A DNA stretch of 64,000 nt. Source: an uncultured Nitrososphaerales archaeon (GTDB lineage Archaea > Thermoproteota > Nitrososphaeria > Nitrososphaerales > Nitrososphaeraceae). The translations under genes were made by a program, and so were the position numbers. Positions 32,708-45,358 of the stretch are shown in pieces. The notes beneath the pieces are model-generated. The model worked only from the letters and a program-made list of their open reading frames with translations. It did no database searches and was not told where the DNA came from. Each line of letters begins with the position of its first letter. Position 1 is the stretch's first letter. Location of the stretch: contig CAVPXM010000030.1 in NCBI GenBank assembly GCA_963709405.1, forward strand, positions 64,001 through 128,000, given 5' to 3'.

Positions 32708-33030
32708 TTAGCGTATCTGTCTACTTTCAATCTGAATTAACTTCTCCTGCAACTGCTTTAGATACATTATGCTTGGACCTTCATCGACTAGTTTGAATAC
32801 TGCTTCATGGCATTCTTTGGCCAGTTTAAGAGCCGCTAGTCTTTGAAAATTATTATCTGTAGATTCATAAATATTCCAGCATTCTTTCATAACGTCTGCC
32901 GGATGCCTTCAATTGAAGTCTGATACATAAATGGCAATGTAGATTTTGCCAGATCATTTAAGTAATTCTGAGATTGTTCAGCCAAATATGCAATGTCCCC
33001 TGAAACAGTAGCAGGATCAACACCAAATAA
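32708..33030 (-). pseudogene. fragmented HTH-containing hypothetical protein
   Basis: GVDPATVSGDIAYL...LPFMYQTSIEGI continues into KECWNIYE..RLAALKLAKEC in another frame. Confidence 0.5.
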
Positions 33031-33378
33031 GACAGAGGCATAAGCCCTATTGGTCACCATCATCAGGGAAATGGCATTGTAGCAACTGCAAAGCCAGCGG
33101 CGACAAGTTCCATATGGAAAACACCGAATGTATGGGTTCAAATAAGAAGAAATAACTGCGATAAATTTATGGGTCTGGATTTGTTTGCTTTATCTGTGAC
33201 TTGTTCCGTATCGCCTTGGCTAGACTGTCTAAAATGTACCCGAACGGCTTGGGCCTTATTTCTTCGAATTTAGCCTCAACCTCAATTTCCTCCATCATAT
33301 CAGTAGCATTAACGTCTTTAATTAGTACAATCTGAGTATCCCCTTTATGACCGTAATATTTTATAAGGAATGTAGAGA

Positions 33379-34101
33379 TTGGCCACTGGATCAAAAAGTA
33401 GATATCTGTTTGAAATTGTTGGCACATTCATCTTCGTTTTCGCTATTTGTTCAGCAGCTACTGTATATTCTGGGCCCAACAAACTGGTTGGAATAGTAGG
33501 CCTCGGACAGCTCGCAATGGCTGTATTAGGTTTAGTTCATGCTTTCGTTTTAACTGCATTAGTATATGCTATTAACGCTCGCTCTGGAGCTCAGCTTAAT
33601 CCGGCTGTTACAATAGCATTTCTAGTATCAAGAAAAATGCGTGGAAAAGTAGCGGCACTGACTATTGCGTGCCAAGTATTGGGGGCTGTTATCGGTGCCG
33701 CTGTAGTATATTCAATGTTTGGAAGCGATATGGCTGCTAGTGTTGTACTTCCTAAAGATGGAAATGCTATTAGAGCATTAATTTTGGAAACTGTCATGGC
33801 GTTTACTCTTGTATATGTTGTATTAGCAACAACTAGATCTAAAGATTTTAAGATAGCGCCTTTAGCTGGAGTGGCAATAGGGTTTACTCTTGGATTTAAT
33901 TTCATGTTGGGAGGGCCTATAAGTGGCGGAGCTATGAACCCAGCACGTGCATTTGCCCCTGCGCTAATTGTTTGGAACTTTGACTACCAATGGATTTACT
34001 GGGTAACTCCCATTCTTGGAGGAATAATAGCAGCCGGCTTGTATAAGGGATTGCATAGCGACTTAGACATACCATCGCCTAAAGTGGAGCAGATGAAATA
34101 A
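33379..34101 (+). CDS. MIP-family channel (aquaporin)
   Basis: SGAQLNPAVT and GGAMNPARAFAP motifs; six TM helices. Confidence 0.95.
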   Translation: MATGSKSRYLFEIVGTFIFVFAICSAATVYSGPNKLVGIVGLGQLAMAVLGLVHAFVLTALVYAINARSGAQLNPAVTIAFLVSRKMRGKVAALTIACQVLGAVIGAAVVYSMFGSDMAASVVLPKDGNAIRALILETVMAFTLVYVVLATTRSKDFKIAPLAGVAIGFTLGFNFMLGGPISGGAMNPARAFAPALIVWNFDYQWIYWVTPILGGIIAAGLYKGLHSDLDIPSPKVEQMK

Positions 34102-34216
34102 GGTTAATAGTCCTGTGTATTATGTTTTAGGTTCATAGTATAACCACTACTTACCGCAAAGACCTCAATGTACAATTAGGTATAATCATAAGACCCCCCC
34201 AGACCTTCCTAAAAAG

Positions 34217-34794
34217 GTGAGGGTTGACCACGGTCCTGTTGGAACGTCAACAAAACAAATGGCTGGATACTTTACGATTAGCGGCATACAAAACGAGACA
34301 ACGGTGCTTGAGAAGGACTGGCCTCTGTTTGCGCTTAAAGAGAATTGCGATAACTCTTGGGACTGGCTAAATGACTTTTATGCTACAACAGTATCCATGA
34401 ATGTTTACAATTACAGAGCTAGAAGGTATATAGGAATCCGTGCATGGATAGACAAAATTTCAGGAGACCCGAATGAAACAAGGATATTCCATTTATGCGT
34501 ACGGTGGTTTGAGCAGTTAGCCCAGATATTTAATTATGCACAATGGCACAGGTACCAAGCGATATGGCAAAAGTACGAGAAGCAGCAAATGACATGGGGT
34601 TTGATATTGACCGATATAGCACAAAGTTTGCTTGGGTAAAGACACCGCAATCGCTATCAGACGAGCTGATGCATCTATCTAGTCTCATCGAAGATAGCTA
34701 CGGTTACAAAATCGAAAGATACAAAGATACTGTCGGCAAAAATGGAAGAAAGAAGAACAATTCTGTAATTAAGATACTACTGACCTTAGCATAG
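34217..34794 (+). CDS. hypothetical protein, probably one gene split by a frameshift
   Basis: Overlapping ORFs 34217..34639 and 34543..34794. Confidence 0.4.
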
Positions 34795-35384
34795 AATCCA
34801 GTGCTCTGAGAAGTAATGCGGGTAACGATGTTAGTACAGAGCAATCAAATCCCTAGGTGAGGATGCAAACTATGTCTAGGATTTTTAGAGCATACCATCC
34901 TTACCATCATTACGATGCTTACCAATATGAACAGGTAAATCAGACGCCTCGTTATTTACAGGTGACCATTTGTTGTGATAGTAAGGATGGTAAGGCTAGT
35001 AAGGATCATATGATCCGAAATTTCTGGTATAAATCTAGATCCAAGATTTTCCCTCATCTACCGTCAATTCGTAAGGAGCGTATTTCTTCATGATCTCAAC
35101 AAAAGATAATTTCAGCTCCAAGAACATCAGAATATTATCTATAGACTTTGAGACAAGACAGATAACAGAAGAGGATAATGATGTTACTAGCGTCACGTAG
35201 ATTGTCGAAGTCTAAAAGTATATACAGAATCGAAGACGATTATCATCATAAACCATTGTCGAAGAAATATCTGCAAGTTGTTTGTGTTTAATACATATAG
35301 TTCGTGACACATTCATTTTTCAACTACTAAGACGTCCTGTTCTGAATTATGATGTTTCTAGAAAGACTTAAATCGATGGCTTAG

Positions 35385-36959
35385 ATGCCGTTAACAATAA
35401 ATAAAATGGCAAATTCAAAACAAAAACAACCTAATATTCTTGTCATTTGGGGTGATGATATTGGAATAACCAACCTCAGTTGTTATTCCCACGGGCTCAT
35501 GGGTTACCAAACTCCCAACATTGATCGCATTGCAAAGGAAGGAATGATGTTCACAGACTCCTATGGTGAGCAGTCATGTACAACTGGTCGTGCCTCCTTT
35601 ATTACCGGACAGAGCGTCTACCGCACCGGGCTGTCCAAAGTAGGCATCCCTGGCGCACCGGTTGGAATGAATGAAAAGATCGTGACGATCGCTGCATTGC
35701 TGAAGGAACAAGGTTATGCGACGGGGCAATTCGGAAAGAACCATTTGGGCGATCTCAATCATATGCTACCAACCAATCATGGATTTGATGAGTTCTTCGG
35801 CAATCTTTATCACCTCAATGCAGAGGAGGAGCCTGAGATGGATGACTATCCTTCAAGAAATGGATTTCCACAATTCTTTGAAACATTTGGCCCACGTGGT
35901 GTAATCCATTCTTGGGCTACTGATGTGGACGATCCGACAGAAATGCCGAGGTGGGGAAGAGTTGGCAAACAAAAAATTGAGGATACAGGACCGTTGACCA
36001 AAAAAAGAATGGAAACCTGTGATGACGAATTCGTTGTGGGAGCTAAAGATTTTATTCAGCGGCAGCATAAAGATGGAAAGCCATTTTTCGTTTGGTTCAA
36101 TACAACGCATATGCATCTGTATACTCATCCTAAACCATCCAGCAAGGGACAGGCAGGCCGATGGCAATCTCCATATCATGATACAATGATAGATCATGAC
36201 AAAAATGTTGGACAAATGCTTGATCTGCTCGACGAGCTCTGGAATCGCCGAAGATACCTTTGTTATGTATTCTACTGATAATGGGCCACACTCAAATACG
36301 TGGCCCGACGGAGCCACTACCCCATTTCGCAGTGAAAAGAATACAAACTGGGAAGGAGCCTTTCGTGTTCCATTGCTGGTGCGCTGGCCAGGAAAGATTA
36401 ATGCTGGTTCAATTTCCAATGGTATAGTTCAGCACCATGACTGGTCGCCAACTTTTCTTGCCATGGCAGATGATCCAGAAGTAATGGAGAAATTGAAGAA
36501 AGGATACACAGCGATAGGTAGAACTTACAAGAATCATATCGATGGCTTTAACCTGCTTCCCTATTTGACAGGTGAAGTAAAAGAAAGCCCTCGCAACGTC
36601 TACTTCTATTTCAGTGACGACGGTGATGTGCTTGGCATACGCTTTGACAATTGGAAGGCTGGTATTCATGGAACAACGAAGCCAGGGAACTTTGCAGGTG
36701 TGGGCTGATCCTTTCATCAGACTTCGTCTTCCAAAAATGTTCAACCTGCGTACCGATCCATACGAATTTGCGAACACCACTTCGAATACATACTGGGATT
36801 GGGTAATTCACCACGCTTATCTCATATACGGAGCGCAGGCTGGCTGCAAAGAAATTTGCAGAAACCTTTAAGGAATTTCCAGCCATCCAGAAACCAAACA
36901 CATTCACGTTAGATGATGCAATGGCAAAGATGTCAGAAGCTGCCGGTGGGAGTCATTAA
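35385..36959 (+). CDS. arylsulfatase (Cys-type, formylglycine-dependent), about three apparent frameshifts
   Basis: PNILVIWGDDIG, SCTTGR, GKNHLG, STDNG, WEGAFRVP, FNLRTDPYE across consecutive ORFs. Confidence 0.88.
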
Positions 36960-36979
36960 CAAGAACAATCCATTCTGCT

Positions 36980-37956
36980 ATGTTAGACAGAACAGAAATC
37001 GACAAAGAAAATAAAATGTACAAGCCCGAATATATGGTATTTGTAGAGGGTGGAATCTTCATGATGGGTTCAGATAAATATTACCCGGAAGAAAAACCTG
37101 TGCATAAAGTTACAGTGGACGCTTTCTGGATGGATAAATGCCCGGTGACTAATAAAGCGTTTAGTGATTTTGTATCGGCAACTGATTATATGACTGTTGC
37201 AGAAAGACCATTGAATCCGGCTGATTTTCCACTGTCCCGGAACAAAATCTAGTTCCGGGTTCCATGGTTTTTGAAAAAAGGAATGAAGCTGTCGATTTGA
37301 AAAACTATGCCAACTGGTGGCAATGGATGAAAGGCGCCAGCTGGAAGCATCCGCAGGGACCTGGCAGCACCATTATTGGATTGGATGATCATCCTGTAGT
37401 TCACATCGCTTATGAAGACGCGGAAGCCTATGCGAAATGGGCAGGAAAAGAATTGCCTACTGAAGCAGAATGGGAGTTTGAGCAAGAGGTGGATTAGATG
37501 GAATGGATTTTACCTGGGGAAATGAAGATACACAGCTTACCAAACCCATGGCCAATACCTGGCAGGGAGAATTCCCTTATCAGAATTTACTAATAGATAA
37601 ATATGAAGGCACCTCTCCTGTTGGTTCATTTGATCCGAACGGCTATGGTTTGTTTGATATGGCAGGTAATGTTTGGGAATGGACATCCGACTGGTATGTA
37701 CCGCATTTAGATGAGTCTTGCTAATAAGGTCAAAACTTGCTGCACAGCCTCTGTGAATCCAAGAGTAACATCGTCGGAATACAGTTATGATCCTAGACAA
37801 CCACAGTTTAAGATCCCAAGAAAAGTAGTCAAGGGAGGTTCACATATCTGCGCTCCGAATTATTGTTTACGATATCGACCTGCGGCTCGGCAACCACAGA
37901 TGATCGATACAGGGATGACTCATATCGGATTCAGGTGTATTATCAGGACCAGATAA
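36980..37956 (+). CDS. formylglycine-generating enzyme (FGE/SUMF1), about three apparent frameshifts
   Basis: [58 protein letters not shown]. Confidence 0.88.
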
Positions 37957-38155
37957 TGATACATAAGGTTAAACCATATTGATAAGAATTATTAATAGAA
38001 TCTTAATTCCCCCGCTTCCACTTCGTATTTAATACTCGTAAAATAATCCGCAATTTTATGCCTGTTATCTTGCTGTAATTGTAGGAACTTTGTATCATTG
38101 AATGTCTCTTTGTCGGATAAAAACGTTAAAGGTAACTTATGTTCGTCATAGAACA

Positions 38156-38548
38156 ATGTCCTCTACACAATACAAGACCGTAGCACCGATGTTTGTTGAA
38201 GATGTAGTTAATGCTCAGAAAACAGAGATGGTGAAGAACTATGTTGCTCCTGATATAGTTTACCATGGGATGGCTGAAGAAGTTAGAGGTCTTGAGAAAT
38301 TCAAACAGTGGGTGACCGAAGACCTATCAGCATTTACAGATATGAAGGTCACAATCCTAGATGACTTTGGAGAAGAAAACAAAGTTGTCATAAGGTGGAG
38401 TTAAAAGTCTACGCATGAAAAGGACTTCGCTGGCTATCCTGCCACCCATAAGAAATTTGAGACTCAAGGAGTCGAGATCTTTCATTTTGAGGGAGACAAA
38501 ATCAAGGAGGCATGGACTATAACTGACCTGTCTAATCTAATCCAATGA
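38156..38548 (+). CDS. SnoaL-like/ester cyclase family protein (frameshift near 38400)
   Basis: GLEKFK..AFTDMKVTI.D.FGEENKVVIRW, then THEKDFAGYPATHKKFETQGVEIFHFEGDKIKEAW. Confidence 0.75.
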
Positions 38549-39129
38549 TTATTTTTTTGAAGTTGCAATAGCTCTATTTGCATTGGGATTCCGATTTTAG
38601 AATTAACTCACGTAATAGCTTTAGGTACTTGTACTATAGCTATTATTATTGTCATTGCGTTAATAATTACTTGTCTAATTATTCGATTATTTATGTGTGT
38701 ATATAATGGCGGGGCTCTTAGCCTTTACCCAACACATCCACCTGAAGCAACTGTAGTGTTTGAAAGATAACATTCGAGAAGGCTGAGGTTATAGAATCTT
38801 AGAAATATTTGCAATTGGTGGTACTAATTGTTCGTATATATAACAGCGGAACTAAAATTAGTAAGATAGAGATGGAAATAAATAAAGAGCTCGATTTATT
38901 GAACTTTCAACCTATTCCAAAAAAATTCCTGTTAGCTGATTTTATAATCCAGCTTTTTGCATGTTACAAAACTAAGAAAATACTATTTAATGATTCTCCT
39001 ATTTGGGATGACGCATTAGCAAGGGTTAAAATCACCAAGATGCCGGAATTCCAAAGGCTGGATATCAAAGCTGCAAGTTCATCAGAACGTCCTTCTGATG
39101 AATCAGACAATGTCTGAATCACATGATTC

Positions 39130-39598
39130 TTACCAGAAGATGTTTATCTGGAAATTTTCGAAATTGATGGCGTCCCTCTGTTCAATCAAGATATTGAAAA
39201 AGATGTGCCGATAAAGGTAAACGAAATCAAATCGAAAATAATGGATGCAGATGCCATCCTAAATGCAACTCCAGAATATAATTTTTCAGTGCCAGGAGTA
39301 TTAAAAAATGCTATTGACTGTGCCTCAAGACCATATGGAGATAACGCATTTGACAAAAAGCCGGTAGCCATAATAAGTGCATTTGTAGGAATGTTGGGTG
39401 GTGCTAGAGCACAGTATCATTTTCATCAGACCTCTGTATTTCTAAACATGTATTCAATAAATGGGCCCGAAGTAATACTCCCATTTGCACAGGATAAATT
39501 TGATGCAAATGACACTAACGGATGAGAATACCAAGAAATTCTTGAAACAATTACTTCAGAATCTTGCAGATTGGACTATAAGACTGCAAAATAAATAG
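39130..39598 (+). pseudogene. NADPH-dependent FMN reductase (ChrR-like), lacking its N-terminus
   Basis: TPEYNFSVPGVLKNAID..SRPYG..KPVAI..GGARAQ. Confidence 0.8.
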
Positions 39599-39724
39599 GC
39601 AGACTTTTTGTCGAGCTCCTACGATCAATATGTTGAGCCTGCAGAATAGTGCAAACATATCAAGTTAATATAGGAGAAGAGAGAAAAATAAAATAATAGG
39701 GATCCAGAAGAAACTATGTAATAG

Positions 39725-40279
39725 TCATGGCACAATAGTAAACAATCCAGAGGCCTTTAGCTTTTTAAATGCCTCAATCTCGTCGGTGAATGAGTCAGAT
39801 AACAATTTTGAAGACAATTTATTCTCAGTAGAGTTATTTGTTAATAGATAATTGCGGAAATGATTGTTACTTTGAAGCTCCGATTCAAGACTCTTGGTAT
39901 ATAGATCAGTGGCATTTTGGAATTGTTTAGGAGGCTGCAAAGATTTTGACTCATTAATCAGGCTTTGAAATTTGGGTAGATAATTATCAGTTATTGCTAT
40001 CATCGTTTTATTGTTAATCTGCCCTTTAGCAAATTTCCCGGTCTCATTGTGGTAACTCTGAGATAAATTATTGGCTTTTTTTACTAGTTTTTCGAACGAG
40101 CCAACAAATGATGTACTATTTTGTGCAAATGATATCTGAGAGGGATTAGAATATGTAACTATAGTAAAAGATAGAATGATTAGTAATGATGATAATCCTA
40201 AGAGGCTCATACTAACTTTCGTATTTTGTATCCTTTGTATTCTATACATTAGTTGTAGTACCAAATCATAAAATGACAT
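39725..40279 (-). CDS. putative secreted helical protein
   Basis: Signal/TM segment ending in FAQ. Confidence 0.6.
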   Translation of the reverse strand: MSFYDLVLQLMYRIQRIQNTKVSMSLLGLSSLLIILSFTIVTYSNPSQISFAQNSTSFVGSFEKLVKKANNLSQSYHNETGKFAKGQINNKTMIAITDNYLPKFQSLINESKSLQPPKQFQNATDLYTKSLESELQSNNHFRNYLLTNNSTENKLSSKLLSDSFTDEIEAFKKLKASGLFTIVP

Positions 40280-40418
40280 TTTTAGCTCACAAATCCTGTT
40301 TACAGTTCTATTTTAATGGGTCACTACTACAGGTTGAGACATTGTTGCTTTTTCACTTCCAATATCAGACAATGTCTTTTTTATGAAATCCCAGAAATTT
40401 TTCTCAAACGCATGTGCT

Positions 40419-40751
40419 CTATAACTTGATACTGCAGCTGCAGGAATTGCAGCTACTCCGGCAGTCAGAACACCTGCTAGCAGCTGTTGGAACGATTATA
40501 TCTTTACCCCAAGCACCTGTTCGTAGGATTAAATCATAGTTACCCTCTTTGCCGCTTATCATTACCTCAACATCTCGTACATTTCCGATTATAACACTAC
40601 CTTTAGTACCTTTATGCGCTTTTAAATCCCAATAGTTTTCTTCCTTCTCTTCATGGATTATGTCCAGTTTGAGGTCCTTAAGGTATTTCTTGATTTCATC
40701 ATATAGTTGTGAAACGTCTACATCTTGTAGAGTTACATGCTCTTGTCTCAT
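40419..40751 (-). CDS. hypothetical protein (C-terminus probably frameshifted)
   Basis: ORF track. Confidence 0.55.
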   Translation of the reverse strand: MRQEHVTLQDVDVSQLYDEIKKYLKDLKLDIIHEEKEENYWDLKAHKGTKGSVIIGNVRDVEVMISGKEGNYDLILRTGAWGKDIIVPTAASRCSDCRSSCNSCSCSIKL

Positions 40752-41050
40752 TAATTCATTGAATGGAAAGAGAATTATTTAAAGAGGTGGGTTTCAAAGA
40801 CATTTTCAGATGAATTGGACTCACTGTATCAATGGTTCTTGCTATTAGGTGGATATCTGTTCACCAACCGAAGCTCACAGATCGAGCTAGCAGTAAGTTT
40901 ATCAATATTATCTCGTTAGGAGTAAAGGATGTCACGCTGGCAGAAGTCTAAGTAGGAGTACATGTCAGGCCAATTCAACTTTGAGAAGCCAAGAATCAAC
41001 ATGAGAGTGACAAGGACTAGATCGCCTCGAGCGGTGAAGCAGAATCGACG

Positions 41051-41401
41051 TTGAATTCCAGTTATTATAGGCTGATGGTCTATTCGGCGATGTTTGGTGC
41101 TCTCGCCTCGCTGCTGACAGTGGGATACATCACACTATATAATCAGGGTATCAAGTTCTTCGGACAACCAAGCCTTTTCTTATTTAACATTAACTCTTGG
41201 CCTCTTATCTTGTTGAGTATAGCAGGCGTATTCATCGGCCTTGCCATCAAGTTCTTTGGTCAGCATGGTGGGTTGGGGGTTGCCCAAAGCCAATACGCCA
41301 AGACAGGCCGTCTCAACTACCGCAGCTTGCCAAGCATGCTTCTTCAAGCGTTTATTGCATTGTGTAGTGGTGCGATATTGTCGATAGACCTAAGTGGATG
41401 A
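41051..41401 (+). pseudogene. N-terminal fragment of a CLC-type chloride channel-like protein
   Basis: Hydrophobic helices ending at ALCSGA, just before the expected G.EGP motif; locally higher GC. Confidence 0.45.
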
Positions 41402-42299
41402 GTCATGGTTACATATTGGCACTTTTTAGATGTAACTCTATGTATAACGGTAATGAACCTAATCGGCGGGCAGTTGTTGTACTGCTTCATTTTTGTTATT
41501 GTATGCTTCAAAATAGCGTTGAATAACTGCCTTATTCATTTCAATTTGGGACATTGTCTCATTAGTGCTCATGCCCGTATATAACAGACTGGGTCTTGCG
41601 GCTTATGGCTATTTTCATTGGCTCTGAGCTAATCCTTGTTGCAGGTTTTGCATTAATTGTTCTTCATATAGTATCATAAAGCAAAAAGATCACTTCAGCT
41701 CGGAAATGGTTTCTTTGTATATACTATCTCAACTGTGAGAGTACTCGAATAACAGTAATAATATTGTGACCGTAAGTAAGGAAGGTGATCATTTAGCAGG
41801 TACTCATATAAATCTGCACTTAACCGATTAACAGATCGTATCGGCAGTTCATTATACCACAATTTACAAATTGCCGGCAATAAACACAAAACATTCTAAT
41901 ACGATGAAACGCTTGAAGACATTTAGGCAGGTTATAGAATCGGACAGCGAAAGGTACATCAAAAAAGAGGCTAAGCGATTGGCAAAAGAAAATGACTGGG
42001 ATAAGATTCATGCATTATCATATCTTTGTACGAAATACGAAAGAGAGAACCGTGTCGAAGAGGCCGCCATTGTTCTCTGAAGTAGCTGTACTTCAGAAAG
42101 CAGATGGTAATTGGCAATATGGTAGTAATTTTGAAGACTAGTAGCAATATCATAAGGAAGAAGAGAAAGCTGCCTATACGATAATGATACAGACGTAGTG
42201 TTTGAATACTTTGAACTCATCAAGAATAAAGACATCGAAAGCCTGATGAATCTGTTTTCTGCTGATGCAATAGTTTATGAACCATTCAGGCAGGTTGAT

Positions 42300-43150
42300 G
42301 GAATAAAGATCAAGAAACCTGGAGGATTGAAATCTAGGATAACTGGTAGTGATAAAGAGATTATCCTTTCAGCATTGTTTAACGATCCACATATCTTTGG
42401 TTATCTTAGAAATACGTGGAGTCTAAGGTCACTTGCACGATGTCTTACAGATGAACTTGATATTCCAATCAGTTTCAAACATCTACAGAGAATAACTAAG
42501 GATATGGGGATTAGATGCACAAGACCAAAATTGGAACTATTACATGGAGAGGATTATGAACAAGGGAAAAAGAGAGTGGATAACTACAAGCATGTTGCAT
42601 CAGCTCTGAAAAAAAGAGAGTTATAATGGCATTTGAAGATGAAACTACCATAACACAGAAACCTTGTATTCACAAGTCCATGAGTTTTGAAGGCCAGCAA
42701 CAAAGGATAGAACATAATGGAAGTAGAAAGAAGTTCTCCACATACATATCCATGCTATGGCCTGAAGAGAAATTAATGACGTATGATTTCTATGATAGAA
42801 TGAATTCTACGAATACTATTGATCATCTGGAGAATCTCAAGAGAAACATTATGAAAAGTGATTGGTGGAAAAGACTCATACTCATATGGGATAACGCTTC
42901 ATACCATGTAAGCCTAATGGTACGGAATTATATCAATGCACAGAAAGAAGAAGACTGGCTGACCATAATCCACCTACCAAAGAAAGCACCATGCCTAAAT
43001 CCAAATGAAACGAAAGTAAACCAGCAGATAAAATCAGATGTGTGTGCAAACAGATTTTATATGCAGATAGAAGAACAGAAAGCTGCAGTATCAGCTTATC
43101 TAGAGAATAGATTTGGAACTTGGAATGACGACAGACACTACGACACTTGA
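42300..43150 (+). mobile_element. IS630-family transposase in two ORFs with an A7 slip site at about 42609-42615; N-terminus replaced by an NTF2/SnoaL-like fragment
   Basis: WSLRSLA winged helix; FEDET, WDNASYH, P.LNPNE catalytic motifs. Confidence 0.82.
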
Positions 43151-43272
43151 CTTAGCACCTTTCGGCGGGTTAATTGGGGAAGACACCCAGGTACTAGTCC
43201 AAGCTATACAAAAGGAAATTTGAGCCAGTTTTGTTACTATTTTGTTTCCAGACCTATTGCTCCTGTAACTAC

Positions 43273-43351
43273 TGCTTTGTTGCATAATTCATTATGTTAA
43301 AAGTATTACTTAATTGACCACTTCGTATTTAGCTTGCCGATAGCAGTAACT
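43273..43351 (+). mobile_element. orphan left end of an ISH1-group IS5 element
   Basis: TGCTTTGTTGCAT..TTGACCACTTCG.ATTTAGCTTGC matches 48411-48475. Confidence 0.75.
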
Positions 43352-43583
43352 ACCATTAAATGTGAACCGAGACTCAAGCACGACTTTCCAGAAAATGCTA
43401 TCCAGATTTTATTTTGCGATCGTGACAAAATAAAACTAGAAATTCTCAAGAGTTAAATTCGGTAGCCTAAAATATATGTGGCTCAACTAGGAAGAGGAGC
43501 ATTTACTTATCCAAACCAATGCATCCGAATTCTACTACAATGCACCATCATATCAACTTACGCAAGTATGCCTTAAGAAACCT

Positions 43584-43660
43584 GGTAGCAGGAGGTAGCA
43601 GGTGACAGCAGAGGAAATCAGGTGGTAGCAGGGATGACAATGTTGGTAGCAGGAGGTAGG
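43584..43660. repeat. four copies of GGTAGCAGG
   Basis: At 43584, 43594, 43624 and 43645. Confidence 0.8.
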
Positions 43661-43706
43661 CTGTCTTTATTTTTTATTTTATACCATATTTAATTAAATA
43701 GCTGAC

Positions 43707-44587
43707 ATGGTATTAACCAGACAAGAGAAAGAAAGTCTCGTCATAGACCTCTACAATCAAGGAAAAAAGTCCCGTGAGATTGCTCAGCAAGTTAGAATGT
43801 CGTTCAGAGACATTGGAGCAATTCTGCGAAAGGCAGCCAAGGAGAAGGAAAAAGATCATTATAATTCTATCTCATCTAAGGCTTATGCAATGTTTTCCGA
43901 GGGCAAATCTCAGAATCGAAGTTGCCACTGCATTGAATCTAAGAGAGCCGGAGGTAACTATATTCTACACCGAGTTTTGCAACCTAAATAACTTCCGTGC
44001 TCTTGGCCAAGTTTACAATGAAATTAAGGGCGACATTGCATATTTCCTGGAATTGTATAGACTGACCAAAGCGGCAGGAATGAATACACAAAATATCAAA
44101 AGAATTCTGGAAATCGCTCATAGAGATTTATCATCAATTGAATATAGATATAGGGCTCTACAAAGAGAAATATCCTCTTTAGAAGCAGAGAACCGCAATT
44201 CAGCAAGAATTTTTCAAGAATTAAACGATCGGATAATAGATTTGCAAAAAACACGTGATTCTTTGCACTCAGCTTGCAGAGAACTGGGCTTGGAGATAAC
44301 AAAACTACGCATACAAAAGATAAGGTTAGAGGCAGACTGCAAATAAAATTCAGAATGACAGTGAGACACATAACAAAATTAAAGAAATGGCTAAAAGAGA
44401 AGTCGAAAGATTTCTTGGTGATAGTCAGCTAATATTTAAACTCACGTTTGAATCCGTCATCAAATCCATGCGAAAAGATCCCGCCATGCTTCCCGATTCG
44501 TACCATAACATTATACGCTATCCGATACAATTGTCAAATCATCCTTCCCATCAAGAATTGACAGAGAGTTCCTCAGAAGTGAATTAA
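43707..44587 (+). CDS. HTH plus coiled-coil hypothetical protein, frameshifted
   Basis: LVIDLYNQGKKSREIAQQVRMSFRDIGAIL; second HTH EVATALNL; coiled coil. Confidence 0.6.
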
Positions 44588-44603
44588 GTATACAATAAGA
44601 TTT

Positions 44604-44834
44604 GTGGCCCAGTCAAAACAGGGATTTATTATCGAACACAAAACGATAGATGAAATTGTTTCATCTCTGAAACAGAGAGGCCTAAACGTATCAGCATACG
44701 GAGTTACTGAAGCCTTGAATGCGATAATTCAAGCATTTGAAGAGGACGGAGACTTAAAAGTCGATAAAAGTGCCGATTTCATTTTGGCGGTGCTGTTGAA
44801 GAATATCCTCACCAGCCAAATGAGAAAATATTAA
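44604..44834 (+). CDS. small hypothetical protein
   Basis: ORF only. Confidence 0.4.
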   Translation: MAQSKQGFIIEHKTIDEIVSSLKQRGLNVSAYGVTEALNAIIQAFEEDGDLKVDKSADFILAVLLKNILTSQMRKY

Positions 44835-45358
44835 ATGAATATAATAAGCTTATAAAGAATGTAAGAATAAAATGGAAAAAGAATAGCAAGTTAATGATGC
44901 TTCCATCTGCGGCGACATCGCAAGAAAAAAATCATCAACATTATTCTACTGTGGGAGCAGTTGCAATTGACAAAGATGGAAACGTTGCTTCAGCCGTATC
45001 ATCTGGTGGAATATGGCTTAAGATGCATGGAAGAATTGGTGATTCTGCAATAATCTGTTCTGGAATCTATGCAGACAGTAAATCAGGAGGAGCTTGTGCT
45101 ACTGGCTATGGAGAATATATTATGAGGCTTTGTTTATGTAAATACGCCTGTGACCAGATGCAATCAAAAAATAGTGCAAATATATCGAGTCAAAAATCAA
45201 TCGACATGTTAACTAAAAGATTTGGAAAGAATACAGGCGGAATAATAACAGTTGACCTCAAAGGAAGATTCGGTGTAGCATGCAATACAAGGTCTATGCC
45301 AACAGCTATGATTACAAAGAAAAATCAAAAACCCATTATAGCATTTGGATCTGGTTAA
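44835..45358 (+). pseudogene. isoaspartyl peptidase/L-asparaginase, beta-subunit region only
   Basis: STVGAVAID..G..A..SSGG..KMHGRIGDS, ATGYGE. Confidence 0.8.

Noticed and set aside
44894-45358. Naturally split asparaginase with a free-standing beta subunit
   Set aside because: The same frame is open upstream without a start (NEYNKLIKNVRIKWKK), consistent with a 5'-truncated precursor gene, and no alpha-subunit gene is adjacent.
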